From: Rhizodiscina lignyota
Lineage: Eukaryota
Assembly: GCA_010015805.1 (NCBI GenBank)
Contig: ML978140.1
Coordinates: 186,001 to 250,000, forward strand
DNA length: 64,000 bases
Reading direction: 5' to 3'
The position numbers and the translations under genes were made by a program. Under the pieces are notes generated by a model. It worked only from the letters and a program-made list of their open reading frames with translations. It searched no databases and was not told the origin of the DNA. Within the stretch, counting starts at the first letter, position 1, and each line of letters begins with the position of its first letter. This document shows positions 1 to 13,886 of this stretch, piece after piece.

Positions 1-1200
1 ATCGAGCAATTCAAGTCGATACGCGAAGCCTCTAGCTCGAAGTTTCCCCGACGCAAGTATGTCCGTACGATCGACTTTCGCGTCATTCCTCGTATCGTCG
101 ACGTTGCATCGTTCGACCGCTTCAAAATAGACCTCACAGATCTGACACCCGCGGATGCCCTCGTGACCGCGCTCTACAACTTCGATCCCAGGGAGCTTCG
201 GCGCCTGATGAATAACTGGGAATTGAAGGGCGGCCGTACACAGTACGAGTTTATCAGGCGCTCTCTTAGAGAGGGTGTCTTTGCCGTAGAGATGTGGGAT
301 GCTGCTGGCTAAGCTAGACTTTCGGTAACATGAATTCCTCTTTGATTTATAGCAGTTTACTCTCACAGCATTGAAAGATACGTATGGATCTGGACAGCCG
401 TCCAGAATCTCAAGACGGATTCAAGATGCTGTTCGAGCCTCAGGATGATGGAGAGTGGAGAGTGACAGAGTGTTTGATGCTCCGCACCGACACGCGCCAG
501 GGTATCTCGGAAAGGAAAGAAATCTCCCTCTACCACGGCGGAACCATGGTGTCGGGCTCTGGAAAAGAGGAGCTGAGTGTGGAAGATGCTCGAGCCCGGC
601 TGCGAGAATGGTCGTTTCCTGCCGGCTATGTGATCATCAAACAGCCATGGAAGTGTGAAGAGTGGGATGTGCTTAATGTGGTAGAGGCTCGCTCGCGAGA
701 AATCAAAAGGCAGGCTTAAATTCAAAGGTATAAATGAAGATGGCCAGCTAGCGAGAGGATATCATAGAGCCGTTCTCCTTGTCGCCGTCTTGAAACTGCC
801 TCTTATCGGAATGTAGTGGCGGAAGACCATCGTGGGGATGTAGATACATCTTGGACTCAGCCCAAGAGAATGATCGAAGATGAATGCAATGAGGTCTTTC
901 CCCTGAAGAGTGCGTACGAGCAGCGAGTCGACGTCTGGCGAAGCTCTTCTGCTTGGAGTATCGTGCGCTTGCCGCTTTATCGGCAGGCGTCTTTTCGTGT
1001 CGCGTCTTCACGTCTCCCTTTGGAGTCTTTCAACGCCAAACGCGCCATTCATCTGTCCGGTACCAATGATTCCGCGTGAGACGGAGCTTCGGATCTCAAG
1101 TAAATGATTCAAACCGCGTTGTTTCACAAGAGCTCCAAAGAGCACAAGGCCTGCACAACATCCTGAAGCTTCCGTCGGAGGAGCGACGGCCACCGCACGG
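1..1200 (+). pseudogene. Possible decayed gene or 3' part of an unidentified gene (frameshifted coding-like segments)
   Basis: Open frame 1-312 (IEQFKSIR...EMWDAAG*), ORF 384-719, then protein-like segments in shifted frames (KGRLKFKGINEDGQLARGYHRAV; ORF 816-1079). I could not join them with clean introns and recognised no family. Confidence 0.3.
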
Positions 1201-2268
1201 GTTACGTATGTACCTGGTGGTGCACGATACTTGGATTCTTCCTCCGAGCATCAGTATTGTCATCACTAGGCTTTCCTTATTTATTTACTTTTTTCTCCTT
1301 CACTTTTATTTAATTTTCATGGCATTGTCATGCACGCCATGAGGTGTATTGTGCAATTCTCGGATCGAGTATTGTCTTCACAAGAGAGCTGATAAATATA
1401 GTTCTCATGCTTTGATTAAACCCAAGCGTACGAGGAAGAAGCTATGCGGGAGGAACACACACATCAAATTTCTAGGTGAGGCTGAGCGCGATATGTTTGA
1501 AGGAGCTTCTGCACGCTGACAGATTCTGCAAGCCTACGCAGAGGCCGGCCACAGGCCGCCAACACCATTACCTCAAAGCTTGTCCACTTGTCTAACAACG
1601 GGAGCGCTGCATGCGAAAATAATGGGGCTGAGCACTATTCAACTGTCTGGGTGCTCAGAATGGTGTGGTTGGATATGAGGAAGCTGTCGCAGGTTAGCCG
1701 CCGTTCGCGTTTCAGATGGCTCGCGATGCACCCGACCGACGGCAAACCGCACCCAATCCTCGCCATTGCAACGAAACAACGAGAAAAGGCTTGTGTGAGC
1801 TTGGCACAACCGCTTCTGGATGTTTCTCGATCCGAGCGACTCAGGCATGCCGGTGAAACGCACTGCGCCCACCGGATGTTGATGTACCTCGTGGAAGACG
1901 AGCGTGATCTCTGTAAAGCTTCTTCATAAAGAGCCTCTTTGCTTCCTGCGCTTGCTCTCCTGCAAAATTAGCACATCAATCGACGTTCCTGTCTTAGATT
2001 CCATTTGCTGTGCATCATATTTCTTTGACTCTTTGCTTGCCACATCAGCCTGTTCACAAGCCACACCAAACTATAACCTCTTGGCAAGAAACATATTTGT
2101 CCAAGTTAATTTCTTTCATGTGAGTATGCACTACAGAAGGCTATAAAATGGTATAGTCTTAAAGCCACCATCGTGATACAGCAGAACTAACAGTTTTACG
2201 CAGTAGTCTCTCCTTCCGAATACCTTCGCGCATTCTCCATCCTTGCCATTACATTTCAGCAACGCAAC

Positions 2269-3213
2269 ATGCTCGTACAAACAATCTTCAGTGCATTAGC
2301 AGCCGCAACGATTGCAACAGCCGCCAATCAGAATCATACCGCTTCCATCGCCAACGACAACCCCGCGGGTGCGGCCTACATGGCAAGGCTCCCAGACAGA
2401 CCAGACACCACCATTCGCGGCAACATCACAGCAGTAACAGACCCAGACGGCAATGGTGTTCTATTCGCGGTGGATTTGGAAGGCTTGCCAATGGAAGGTG
2501 GCCCATTTCGTACGTCTTGACTCGGGTTCCAACCCTCCGAAGACCACGTGCTCATCTGCCAGCAGCGTACCACATCCACGACCACCCCGTTCCGTCAGAC
2601 GGGAACTGCACCGGCACTCTCGCTCATTTAGACCCCTGGCAACGAGGTGAAACACCTCCATGCGATGCAAACGCGCCCGCGACGTGTCAGGTTGGCGATC
2701 TGGCGGGAAAGCACGGCAAGGCGAAGGCGCCAACCTTTGCAGACAGGTATATTTCACCATATCCTCTCACACACTAAAATCAATGTTAACTGACAATCTT
2801 CCAGCTACACCGACCTGTACACATCTCTCCAGCAAGGCAAAGGCGCCTTCTTCGGCAACCGCAGCATCACAATCCACTTCGCCAACACGACGCGCATCAC
2901 GTGCGCCAACTTCACGCTAATCGCATCGGGCGAGCAGGGCGTGATTGGTGATAAGCCGAAGGCATCGGGAACACCACTTCCTCCTGGAGGTGTACCCGGT
3001 GCTGGAGGTTTCAATGGCACGTCCGCTTCTACGACGGGAGTTACACCTAGCACTACGGTATCGATGACAACACACGCTTCAACATTGTCTTCACCGTCCG
3101 GAACGAGCTCTGCAGCACCGCAGCAGTTCACAGGAGCAGCTGGTAGAGAAACGGTCGGCTTACTGGGCGTTGGCGTTGGCGCTCTTGCTGCTGTTGCGGT
3201 TGGCTTGGTATGA
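2269..3213 (+). CDS. Secreted GPI-anchored Cu-only superoxide dismutase (SOD5-like), 3 exons
   Basis: Signal peptide MLVQTIFSALAAATIATA. Spliced core GGPFPYHIHDHPV..GNC..TLAHLDP..CQVGDLAGKHG..FFGNRSITIHFANTTRITCANF, followed by a Ser/Thr-rich stalk and hydrophobic GPI-type C-terminus. Introns ~2510-2565 and ~2747-2803. Confidence 0.9.
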
Positions 3214-3522
3214 GAGCCAAGGTTTCTTGGAAGAAACGAGACTATAAGATAATGTATATTACTCATGTGCCGGGACAATGATTCATGGCGTTGGGGAAGC
3301 GCGGGTTAATGTACTGGTACGGACCTGCTGCTGTTGCTCACTGCTTCTGCAGAAGATTGTACGATTCCGCCGACGTTGGATGCCCCTCTTAACGAGATAG
3401 ACGAGGAGTTGTTGGACCTTTTGCAGATAGACTTAACTAGTGTCTAAATTTTAGATTTGCGTATCTAGAGCGCCTTGCTCCAATCTCAGTAAACATGAAC
3501 TGAGACTCCTGCTGAGTTCCGC

Positions 3523-5298
3523 TCAAAGTCGCGCAAGTTTGCCGCCATTAGCAGTACTGAACTCAAACCCTTCATAGCCAGACTCTTTCTCCTTCCCAAT
3601 CTCCTTAATATACAGCGGAATACCGCCAGCGTAGTTCAACGCCTCCCTAGGCTTACCCGGTATGTTTGCGCCATTGTACCACGAATTCGTGTGGCCTCGC
3701 ACTCCCCTCAAGCTCAACTCATTCACTGTCGCCTTCCATTCCTGCTCCTTCTCAACCTTTGGATTGACCCTCGTCTTGCCGTCTTTCCGCATCTTATCGA
3801 ATAGATCAATCATCCAATCTCCCTGCAACTCAACGCACGACGGCCCATTGCTAAACGCCGTAGGGCCCTGCGGCCCATACGTGAAGTAGAAATTCGGGAA
3901 GCGGTTCGTCATCATCCCCAGATACGTATACGTGCCATCCTTCCACTTCTCCGTCAGCAACTCACCACCAAGGCCTTTAACCTCAATGTCCTTCAGTCCG
4001 CCCGTGATTGAATCAAAGCCCGTCGCTAGCGCAATGATGTCCAGCTCGTGGAACGTTCCGTCCTGCTGCCGGATCCCATTGGCTTCGAACCGCACGATCG
4101 GGTTCGTCTTGATGTCTATCACGTCGACATTCGGCCGGTTGAAGTGGTCGTAGAAGTCCTGCTCAAGAGACAACCGTTTGCCGCCAAAGGGATGTGGCGG
4201 TGTGGCAGGCGCGAGGAGCTCGGCTTTCCGTGGGTTGCCGACACGCTCGTGCACGCGGTTGCGCCAGTATTTGTAGGCTTCGTTGTTGGCTTTGAGTTCG
4301 CGGGTCATGTCGTAGTAGTTGTTCATTAGGAAGCGGAATCCTCCCTGGGCGTGAATTAGCACATATATTTGTGGAGGGGCCTGAGAGTCGGTTCAGCGTA
4401 CCATGTTCCAAAGCATGTTGAACATCTCTTGCCTCTGCTCCGGGGTATGATCAAACATCAGCTCGGGCCGGTACTGGTAGAGGAATCCATTGTAGTTGTT
4501 CCATCGCTGATTGAACAGCTCGGGATACTTCAGCTTGTCCTTCTCCTGCTCTTCTTTCGTAAGATATACTTGACGCATGGGACAGGCCAAGTTTGGCGTG
4601 CGCTGGAACATTTTCAAGCTCCCATTGTCCCCAATTTCTCGCGCCCATTCTTGGGTGATCTGCACGCCTGTGGCACCGGTGCCTACGACACCGCACTTCT
4701 TGCCCCGGACATCGACGCCCTCGTGCGGCCAGAAGGATGAGTGATGAATGATGCCTTTGAAAGAGTCGAGGCCTTCCCAGTCTGGAAAATACCGCTTCGC
4801 CGCAAAGCCCAAACTAGCAATGAAGTGGCGGGTGCGGAAAGTCCGCCCAGTGTCACAATAGATGGTCCACATGTCATCTGTCTCGTCGAAATGAGCTTTG
4901 GTCACCTTAGAGTTGAAGACAGTGTCTTTCTTAATGCCCAGTTTGCGGTCGACATGATTAAAGTACTTGCGCAGCTCGTAGTGGTCAGGGTAGTGCGAAC
5001 TCCACGTCCAGTCCTCGTACACTTCAGGCAGGGAATACGCGTAGATTGGATACTGGCTGTCAACGCGGGCCCCAGGATATGCATTCCAGTGCCAGATACC
5101 TCCAAGGCCAGAACCTGCCTCGATAATTTTGGCAGTGAAGCCTTTCTTGCGGAGCTTGTGGAGTAGGTAGCAGCCCGCAAAGCCTGCGCCCACGACGATG
5201 GCGTCCAGCGTTTCGACATTCGGATTTATGATATCTGCCCCATTGAATTGGCCGGTGGCAGAATCATGTTCGCCTAGATCCCGCTGCATTGATGCCAT
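3523..5298 (-). CDS. Baeyer-Villiger monooxygenase (cyclohexanone monooxygenase-like flavoprotein), 2 exons
   Basis: GAGFAG FAD motif, GGIWHWNAYPGARVDS, BVMO fingerprint FKGIIHHSSFWP (FxGxxxHxxxWP), GTGATG NADPH motif, ALATGFD. Intron 4345-4401 (GTACGC...GCTAAT...CAG). Confidence 0.93.
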
Positions 5299-6418
5299 GT
5301 CGATGGGTTTTGAACCTCTTGTACTGTAGATGAATTGTCGAAAGAAATGGAGTGTAATGCCGAAAAGAAACAGAAACTCCTTCACATTGCTTCTACATTG
5401 CCGGGTATAAGATCTAGATGGACATGCAGAGATATATGGAGCTGGAACGTTATTGCTTGTTGCATGTCCCGCTCCAATTGGGAGCTTCCAAGACCGAGGT
5501 CAGTGGTGACGAGAAGAGGAGAAGGAGGAAAGTGGCGTGCCTTTCACCGTTACTCCAATACATTACCTCTAGCTCCAGACAGCTCGACACAGGTACCATT
5601 TGAATCGTTCTGCCGTGCCTTCCGAGATATTCGTTTTCCGTAGGGCTTCTCGGTCTTGCATTCATGTCGACCTCTTGCGAAAACCCGGCGACTGGGGACT
5701 CGAAGATCAAGCTATGTATGTCACGCAGGTCTAGATAAGCAGCGCGCGTCTGCTGCGCTTCCTTTCGACCGAAATCCCATCGTTAGCCGCTGGAACTCAC
5801 ATTATTGTGCCGAAAGCTGTGTTGCTCAATGTTCGGCCGGTGAAGGCAAATCACGGCTGTATTTTGTAGAAGGCTTTGAGAAAAGAACTGTAAGCAACGA
5901 TTCCAAGGAAATGAAAGTGCATCCAGAAATGCAATTGTGAGATGACCCACATAAGTATCTCAATACCGACATCGTCTTAAGGAGACACACAAACAAACAC
6001 AAAGTAAATATGTGCGATATGAAGATGAGATGTGGAAAGTAAACTCTCTGGATAACGGCCGAGGATAACCCTAACCCTACGCACGCCCTGTAAAGCTCGG
6101 AGTGGTATCCTTAGTATATGAATCGGTTGAGAGGAATTCAAATTAGAAGACGAGACATTTCTGCACTGCGTTTAGAATACGCTTAGATATTTTTCATTTC
6201 ACGGGAACCGACGTGTATATACAGTTCTCTGGCCCAAGCAAGGTTTTCATGTCGCTCGTAAGCAATTGTCTGACACGCACATTGGCCCTCTCATCAATAA
6301 ACTGATGTCCGTGTGCTTAATGCCACAATCATATAACTAAGCAGGCAATCCTCACAGGGCCTCAGCATTGTCGACGGAAACCCCCAAACCCCCACGCTAT
6401 GCAAAAATCCTATCACTG

Positions 6419-9244
6419 CTATGCAATATCATTATCATCATTCCATCCGAGTGCATCGTAAATCGAGCCTTCTTGCGCCTTCGCTGGCCCCTTAGCATTG
6501 CCATTCGATAGAGGAAGTGAAGGCATTTTGTTTGGAGGAGTTGCAAAGACATTATCATGCCCAGACTCTACGGGTCCCATTGACGGCCCCTTCGACTTGC
6601 GTGACGGAGTGCTCGGGATACCATCAGCCCCACTTCTCAGATGAGAAGATTGTGGTCCAGTCTTCATCGCCGAGTCTGGAATTTGATACTCCAAGATCGA
6701 GGTTGTTCTTCCAGGTCCCCGCGAGGGCGTGCTTTGCACAAATGGTGGGCGAGGATCAACATTAGTGTCATGTCGCGGTCGAATCGCAGAAGACGGAACG
6801 AAAGAACTGCCGGGCGCTCCGGCAAAGTCGTGGCCGAGAATGGCCTTGGAGGTGCGATTCGGCGTGGCAGCGACGCTAGAAAACTTGTTCGCACGCTTCG
6901 GCGTGGCACCAACTTGAACGCTTTGCAAGCTCTTGGCAGCTATACTAGAGTCAGCGTAGTGCATGGTAGGCGAGTCACAATGCTCACCACCTATTTTGCT
7001 TCCAGAAGTAGTCCTCTTTTGCGCAAAGTCAACATTTTCTTTAACAGCAGCGCCTCTGTTCGGCTTCTTCAGAGTACTGATGGCATCTCTAAGCTGCTCC
7101 TGGACGCTTGCCTTCTTGCGTAATTTCGCTTCGCTCGCCGCCGAAAGTGCTGAAAGGTCGACTTCACGCTTGCTCAAACGCTTAAAGTGGGCAAATGAGC
7201 CACGAGCAGATCCTTGGGAACTGCTCTCTGTGAGAGGAATGGACAGCATCGCGGGCGTTTGACTTCGTTCGCGCTTCATCCCAGGAATGGCAGCCGAGTC
7301 TGATGCAAATCGTACAAGGGATGGGGTCCTGGATGGCTTCTGTGCAGACGTCTCGGTTTTGACTCGATGGAGGGGCTTTCGGGAATGGCTATCGTCTTTA
7401 TTCACACTTGTCGATGCGGGCTGTGGTGGTTTGCGTATCACAGACGATCCTGGCTTCACAGTGGAAGTCTTCGAAGGAGAAGGACCCGGAACTGCTCCTA
7501 GCTTTTTGCCTAGGGATGAAACCAGCTGAGGAAGGCGGGACATGTAACTAAAGCTCCGTCAATATGGAAAGCAAACAAGATAGCTGTGAGTCTCACAATG
7601 GGAGAACGACTTCGCTGTAGAAGTCGGGCAAGACATCGTTTCCTGTTCCGCGCAGAGGTGTCGACCTCGAGGCATCCAATTTGCCATTCCTTTTGGGTGT
7701 AAATATTGACGAAGAGTCGCCGTCCTCATCAATCGATTGCCAGATGCATAACTTATCGACCAAAAGATCAAGAGCAAGACTGAGATCCTGCGGCGGCTTT
7801 TTTGTTGTCTTTGGCTTTTTGTCTGATGTCTCTGTGGACCTGCCTTCTGCCTCGCGGTGCGCTTCGTCGGGGTCCACGGTGTTCTGTGAGAAGCCAGGAG
7901 ATGCTTCCAAAGCCAAGGTCTCTAGCATCAGTATAATCTGGATCAACGTCTCTCTCAGTCGCAGACAAGTCAGCCGCCTCCTCATAAAGGCTTCAGCAGA
8001 TTCATCTGCGCGACGTCGAGCTGGGCTGGAATCGTCTGATTTCCACCACCTCTTGACGAAATCTTCCTCCAGCGGAAACATGCCAGCTTTTGTTGGATGT
8101 AATCGCTTTGCAGGTTTCCTCTTCGCAGGTGTATTTGATGGTAGTTCCTCATCAGAAAGATCCAGGACCGGCGTATTTTTGACGATTTCAGGGAGCTTTT
8201 CACGGTATTTTTTGTCCACTGCAGAGGAAGACAGGCATACGGACCGGAGGAACTGGGCGAGTTCTGACACGTTCAATGTTTGGTCTACTGATGTGAAAGC
8301 AGCTCTGGCCTTGGACAGTGGACCCTTGGCAAAGAAAGCCAGGGATGTCTTTGAAAGGTAGAGTGTTTCCATGTATTGACATATCAGTCGTTCGAAGATT
8401 TGCCGTGCCGTGAGTCGCAGGTCAACCGGCTCGTCAGCAACAGGAGGCTCTTCTGGCATGGATTTGGGATTGCCGATCTCCATTTGTGAGTCGTCCGCAT
8501 TCATGTCTTGTAAATGACCCGTAGCTGAGGGCTGCTGTGCAGGCTTGGGAGTGAATGAGCGACCGTCGATCGACGTTCTCCTCGAAATGGCTCGTTCCGA
8601 GTTTGTGTCTTTCTCGTCTGTTTCAGTCCTCTTGCGCTTCGAATTTGCATTCTGCGATATGGGAAGCAGCGGTACCCTCCCAGCAATCCTCCCAGCAGTC
8701 TCTCCATGCAAGTCCTTCGCCTTGACCCAATGTGCCAGCTTGCAAAGTGCATACGTGTCTTTCTGTACTCGCTCAATGGCATACATGGACTTGTCCATAT
8801 CCATCTTGGCGATGAGAACGACTGGTGGTTCTGACGCTGCATTCTCTTGCAATTGGCTTGAGCACTCGAGCTCGTCAATGTGTGCGGAAAAGAACCGCGA
8901 TTGTGAGACGGGAGAGGAATTTGAGGCCGTATCGAGGTAGCATAGAGGCAATTTGGATCGTTCGAGGAGGTGCAGAGGCTTCATGGTGTATGGTTTTCCA
9001 TACATTGACGGAGGGTGTGGCTATGTAGTATTAGCTATCGCGTTGGCGAGTGAGTGGGAAAGCGTCTGCATACTCGAAGAGTGAAGGATTTCTTGTCGAC
9101 ATGTCCTGCAAGCTCGGCCTCTGCCTTTCGCTTCTTCGAGATTTTTTTCTCTTCATCGCGCTTTGCTGATGATAGCGTGTCGCGTTGGGTTTGCGACTCT
9201 TCCGTGGCCAGCTCAGGGAGTGATCCATCATGAATATCGGTCAT
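6419..9244 (-). CDS. SLD3: DNA replication initiation factor Sld3
   Basis: Motifs QYMETLYLSKTSLAFFAKGPLSKARA, LRLRETLIQIILMLETLALE, LDLLVDKLCIWQS and spliced FYSEVVLPFYMSRLP. C-terminus rich in S/T-P CDK sites. Introns near 9023-9073, 7548-7597 and a likely in-frame 48-nt intron near 6940-6987. Confidence 0.85.
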
Positions 9245-9286
9245 AATAATTCGTAAATGGGTGATTGATGTAGCACATAGCTCATA

Positions 9287-9385
9287 ACGCGTCAATCTTG
9301 GACCAGACGTTATGAAGATGTGCGTAGGTTTGTTCGTGTTGAAGAGGAGATGCGGCGTGGAGTCGCGTCTCGTTGGACGCGCCCA
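9287..9385. promoter_or_regulatory. MCB-like (ACGCGT/CGCG) elements upstream of SLD3
   Basis: ACGCGT at 9287-9292, plus TCGCGT and ACGCGC within 100 bp. MBF-bound MCB boxes are typical of G1/S replication gene promoters. Confidence 0.45.
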
Positions 9386-10008
9386 TCTCGGATCTAGCCG
9401 AGCTTCCGAACGCCTCCACCATCACCCTCTCAAGTCAATCTTTCCAAGAGCTACAGAGTAGGCCAAACTTGAATAAATCACTTGGAGTTTCGACTCAGGC
9501 ATGGTGGACGAGTTTTGCTTGGATGGCTGAGAAAGTCTGACTTTTGTCTGTGTCCATACTATACAGGTGTGAAGCTAAGCAGAAAAGAAGTGTATGTCCA
9601 CCGTCCCGCACCATACTCCATCGATACGGAGAACAGTATCTCCACTGTTATTACAGGGTATAATCCAATTGAGACCCCCAGTTGTTAAACGTGCCTTTTT
9701 GAAACTCAGCAGAAGATGCTTCTGAGATGTCGAAATTGACGCCTCATTCAGCAATGTGTCCATGCATGGCAAAATCCGGTATGCGCCTTTCCATGCAATA
9801 ACATGTCTCTAATCGCCCACTGGTGGAAGAGACGTTTGACGTAGATTCATGATTCGTTCTAGTCGTTCGGTTGGTCGACTCTCGTTGCCACTTGCTCATG
9901 GAGCTGGCATAGGTGCGTAGCCGGAATCCGAGCGTTCACGAGGGTCCGCCAAGAATTCTTCTCCTTCTATTGGGGAATAAGTTTTAGTAAAGTCAATTCT
10001 TGAAATGC

Positions 10009-11175
10009 TTAATGCAGACCTTGAGTGATTGCACCAGCATTAAAGTCCATCTGGTTGTCAGAAAGGTTGATCAGTAGCTGCGCGAGGCAACGTTTCGTTG
10101 CCGCATCATCGCGGAGGACGGACGAGAAGGTTGCGTCGCGAAGAGGCTCCGGGAGACACTGGCGGAGGGCCTCTCTGGCGCGCGCATTGTCGCTCAGCCT
10201 CAAGAAGCAGCGAACGACATGCTTCAGAAGTCGAACAGTCTGTTGCTCGACTAATTGCTGGACCATGTTGCTGAGGACCGTGCCAACGGCATAGAAGCGC
10301 TCGTAAGTCTGGCAGATGTATGCTAGGCCAACATCGTCCATCAGAATCTTCTGCACAATGAAGATGGCGACAGTCTTGCTCAGCTCTGATCCAGTCTCCA
10401 TGATGCGCAAGCAGAGAGGGATGATCTCGGTGGTGAGGAGGAAGTTGATCACGTCGGAAGAGTCATTCTTGACCAGAGCGCCGATGACACCCAGTGAAGT
10501 GAGGCGAAGGTACTCGAAGGGTCGCGACTTGGAGGTGGTGTTGAGGAACGGGTACAGGAAGAGGGGAATGTGAGCTGCTCCCAATCAGACATAACCGAGC
10601 CAACATGACATCGGCGAGCACGACACATACCATTCAGAAAGAGCTGCCTGGTATCCGTGTGAGACGCGATGCACTGAAGAAGTGCGAGCGCGTTGCAGAC
10701 TCTGTTAGACGCGGCGGCGGTAAGCTGCGAGGGATTCAAGAGCGGGTACACCGAGATGATCTCCTGGAGGAGCGAAGTCATGACGCCTGTTGAAAATGAG
10801 CAAAATAGCAGGGCGCATTGAGTAGAGCATACCGAAGGAGTGCCACAGAATCAACGCCAGCTCAGGAACCTGCTCGCGCTTCTTGCTCAACTCGAGCAGC
10901 GCGGTCTCGCGGGTCGTTGGGTTCATGAGCTGCGCGATCCACTCCAGCATGCGGCGATTCTCATCGCTGATGCCTTGCTCGACGTTTGACATGTTCGCGA
11001 CGTGGTCGCCGCCCGTCAAACCGGCGAGACTGGGCGTCGTCGAGGCGTTGCTTGTTGCGGCCATTCTGTTGTAGTGCTGCGGATTGACGTGCTGCTGGGC
11101 GCCGTGGTGAGTGTTCTGGTGGTTCCAGTCGGAGAACTGCTGGTGAGAGAAGACATGTTGCTGCTGGCCCAGCAT
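10009..11175 (-). CDS. RCD1: CCR4-NOT subunit Rcd1/Caf40 (CNOT9), 3 exons
   Basis: [81 protein letters not shown] match the highly conserved Rcd1 armadillo protein. Confidence 0.96.
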
Positions 11176-11573
11176 CTTGGCGGGCGATATCGCGGGCTGC
11201 GCGGCTGGTTGCAGTGAATGGGCGTGGTGAAGTGAAAATGGGTGGGTGATGTGCAGGTCTGTTGGCGGATGTCTCGCTCGCCCAGCCTTGCCTGGAGCTA
11301 CCGCTGACCCCTGCACCACCCCTGCCAGCCTCCCCGCTGCGGCTCTGCGCTAACGAAGTTTAAGTTAGCGAATCGCCACAGTCTTCCGCTGGCTACTTCG
11401 ACGGCGGGCATCCTGGCATCTGATATGCATCTATGTATTTTCTCTCTGTCTCTTATCTATTTTGGTCTATTTATTCTATGTTCTTCCTCAGGAGTGGCTT
11501 TCACAACGGAACAGTAACCGGAGCCTGGAGAACTTCCATGTCGCTTCTCTCTCCTTAGTCAAAGACGGCCATC

Positions 11574-13886
11574 ATGGCGCAAGAGCTGTTCAGTGAGACA
11601 TCTGCCAGTGGCAGTCTCGGTCTCAGTGAGCAGGCGTGCAATGAATGTAGACGAAGGAAGGCGAAATGCGATCGAACTTTGCCGGAATGCGGCCTTTGTG
11701 TGAAGCATCGAAGACATTGCCTGTATGAGCAGCACAGCAGGACCCCATTGACGCGAAAGCACCTTACAGAAGTGGAGGAGAGACTACGCCGAGCAGAGAT
11801 CAGGGCGAGAGAGGCCGAGAGACGTATCGCATTTCTTGTCGCTGAAGCAAGGACGAGAAATGAAGCGTCAACTCATGGGCCCACTGCAATTCCTCAAGCC
11901 TCACCTGTTCCTGTGACTACGTCAGCTACGGACACATTTGATTTCAACCAGCCTCTTGTCCCAGAAGAGCCTGCCAAATCAAGCATAGGCTTGAAGCAAG
12001 AAGACACTGAAGGGGCAGTTGAGCCACCACCAACTGCCACGGATGACTTCAGTTGGGACGAGCAGTCTCCACAAACATCAGCATACCAAGACCAAGTTGG
12101 TACCAGCTTAGGTTCAGATGATGCTGATGATGGAAGAATGGCGGACGGTATGGCGGCATTAACAGTTGAAGACGAGGGAGGCTATCTTGGTAGCGCCTCG
12201 GGTGCCGCTCTTCTACGGCTTCTATTGCCTGACGCAGAAATACGCAGACGCGGTAAACTGAGACGAGGTGTATCTTCAACACAGCAACCAAACTTCCCCG
12301 ATACTGATTCCGAGGGCTGGATTCCAACGCCTCTGTATGAGCGTCTGAACATTTCAAGGATCGATTTGGATTCCGCTATCGATGCGTACTTTAGTACATA
12401 CCACGTCAGCTACCCGATTGTCCATGAGCCTTCTTTTCGTGCTCAGTATAGCCATCTCATTCCCAGGCCTGCTGGGCCGGCTTGGAATGCCTTGGCATAT
12501 ATGATTGCTGCAATCGGTGCGTGGACAAGTACAAGTGGGGCCGATTCGACAGACTTTGACCTTTTTATGGCTGCTAAATCAAACCTCACTGTTGACTTCT
12601 TGGAGACGGGCAATATCACTCTCGTTCAGGTACTCACCCTCATGTCGAATTATTTGCAAAAGCGGAATAAACCCAACTCTGGTTACAATTACCTTGGACT
12701 TGCTCTCCATATAGCGATGGGACTTGGCCTCCACAAGGGCTTCAAGAACTGGAATCTCCCTTTACTCGCTCTCGAAACCAGAAGGAGAGTTTGGTGGTGT
12801 CTCTTTATATTCTATACAGGTGCGGCCATAACATTTGGGAGACCGCTTGTTCTGCCTCATCGAGAAGCACCGCTTCCGCTCAATGTTCATGATCGAGTGA
12901 GATAATCGAACTATATCAAGAGGCCGCAAGCTAATGATGCCCCGCAGGAACTAACCAATGCGTCGAAACGTCTGCCAGCCGAATCTGCCTCCCCAACAAC
13001 ACATACCTCAGTCGCAACACAAGCTCGCTTCCATCTCGCGACGAATGAAATATATAGTCGTGTAATCAGCACCCCCCATATCCCTGCCGGTGAGCTGATA
13101 CGGTTGGACGATGCCCATATTGGCGGCTGGTTGGCCGCTCTACCTCTTTGGTACACCGAGACCGCCGCACTGCCCCCGAGATATCAATTTTCGCACAGTG
13201 TGATGATGTGGCGCTATCGAAACTTTCGCATCATCATGTACAGACCGTTCGTCATACAAAGAGCATTCCAAGCTCAAGGAAACCTGCATGGTCACGCTCC
13301 GACGCCGGAGGAACAAGAAGCGTATGATAGATGCTTGAATGAAGCAAGGGCAACGATTGTGTCAATACACAATTTCTGGTTCACCAACGTTCGAAATCGA
13401 CTGAGCGCTTGGTATGCACTGTAAGTACAAATGGAATAGCTTGACGAACATGAACAGCTCACTCTACTATTCAGATACTTCCTCTTCCAAGCGTCCCTGA
13501 TACCCTGCGTCTGCTTGCGTAACGTGCCAAGCGCACCACAAGCAGAAGACTGGAGAGTCCAGATCAAATCTGCGCTCGACGTGATCACCAACATGGGTAG
13601 TTGGAATTCCGGCAGCCAAGATTGCTTCGAAGTCATTAATCAACTGGTCGGTCGTTTTCTGAATGCTGAGACTACCACTGGGTCTTCAAGTGTGTCGATG
13701 CCAGATCCTACGCATGAGTCTCCACAGACGCAAATCAGCAATGTGTATTCGATGCTCTGGCCTAACGTCAATGCCAATGAGATGGATCTCATGTTGCAGG
13801 ATGGCGCGTGGGATTCGTTCATTGGTGACGACCTGGATCTGCAAATGGATCCGTTCGTCGGCACACCTGGGACGTCTGGCACTTGA
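11574..13886 (+). CDS. Zn(II)2Cys6 transcription factor with fungal-specific TF (middle homology) domain, Gal4-like, 3 exons
   Basis: ACNECRRRKAKCDRTLPECGLCVKHRRHC cluster, coiled coil, LMSNYLQKRNKPNSGYNYLGLALHIAMGLGLH and ETRRRVWW, acidic C-terminus. Introns ~12897-12947 and ~13421-13475. Confidence 0.93.

Noticed and set aside
6066..6079. TAACCCTAACCCTA telomere-like motif
   Set aside because: Only about two units; chance-level and not an interstitial telomere array.
7681..8361. 226-aa plus-strand ORF
   Set aside because: Antisense shadow of SLD3.
10009..11175. Name overlap with Neurospora rcd-1 (fungal gasdermin)
   Set aside because: The sequence is clearly the CCR4-NOT Rcd1/Caf40 armadillo protein, unrelated to gasdermins.
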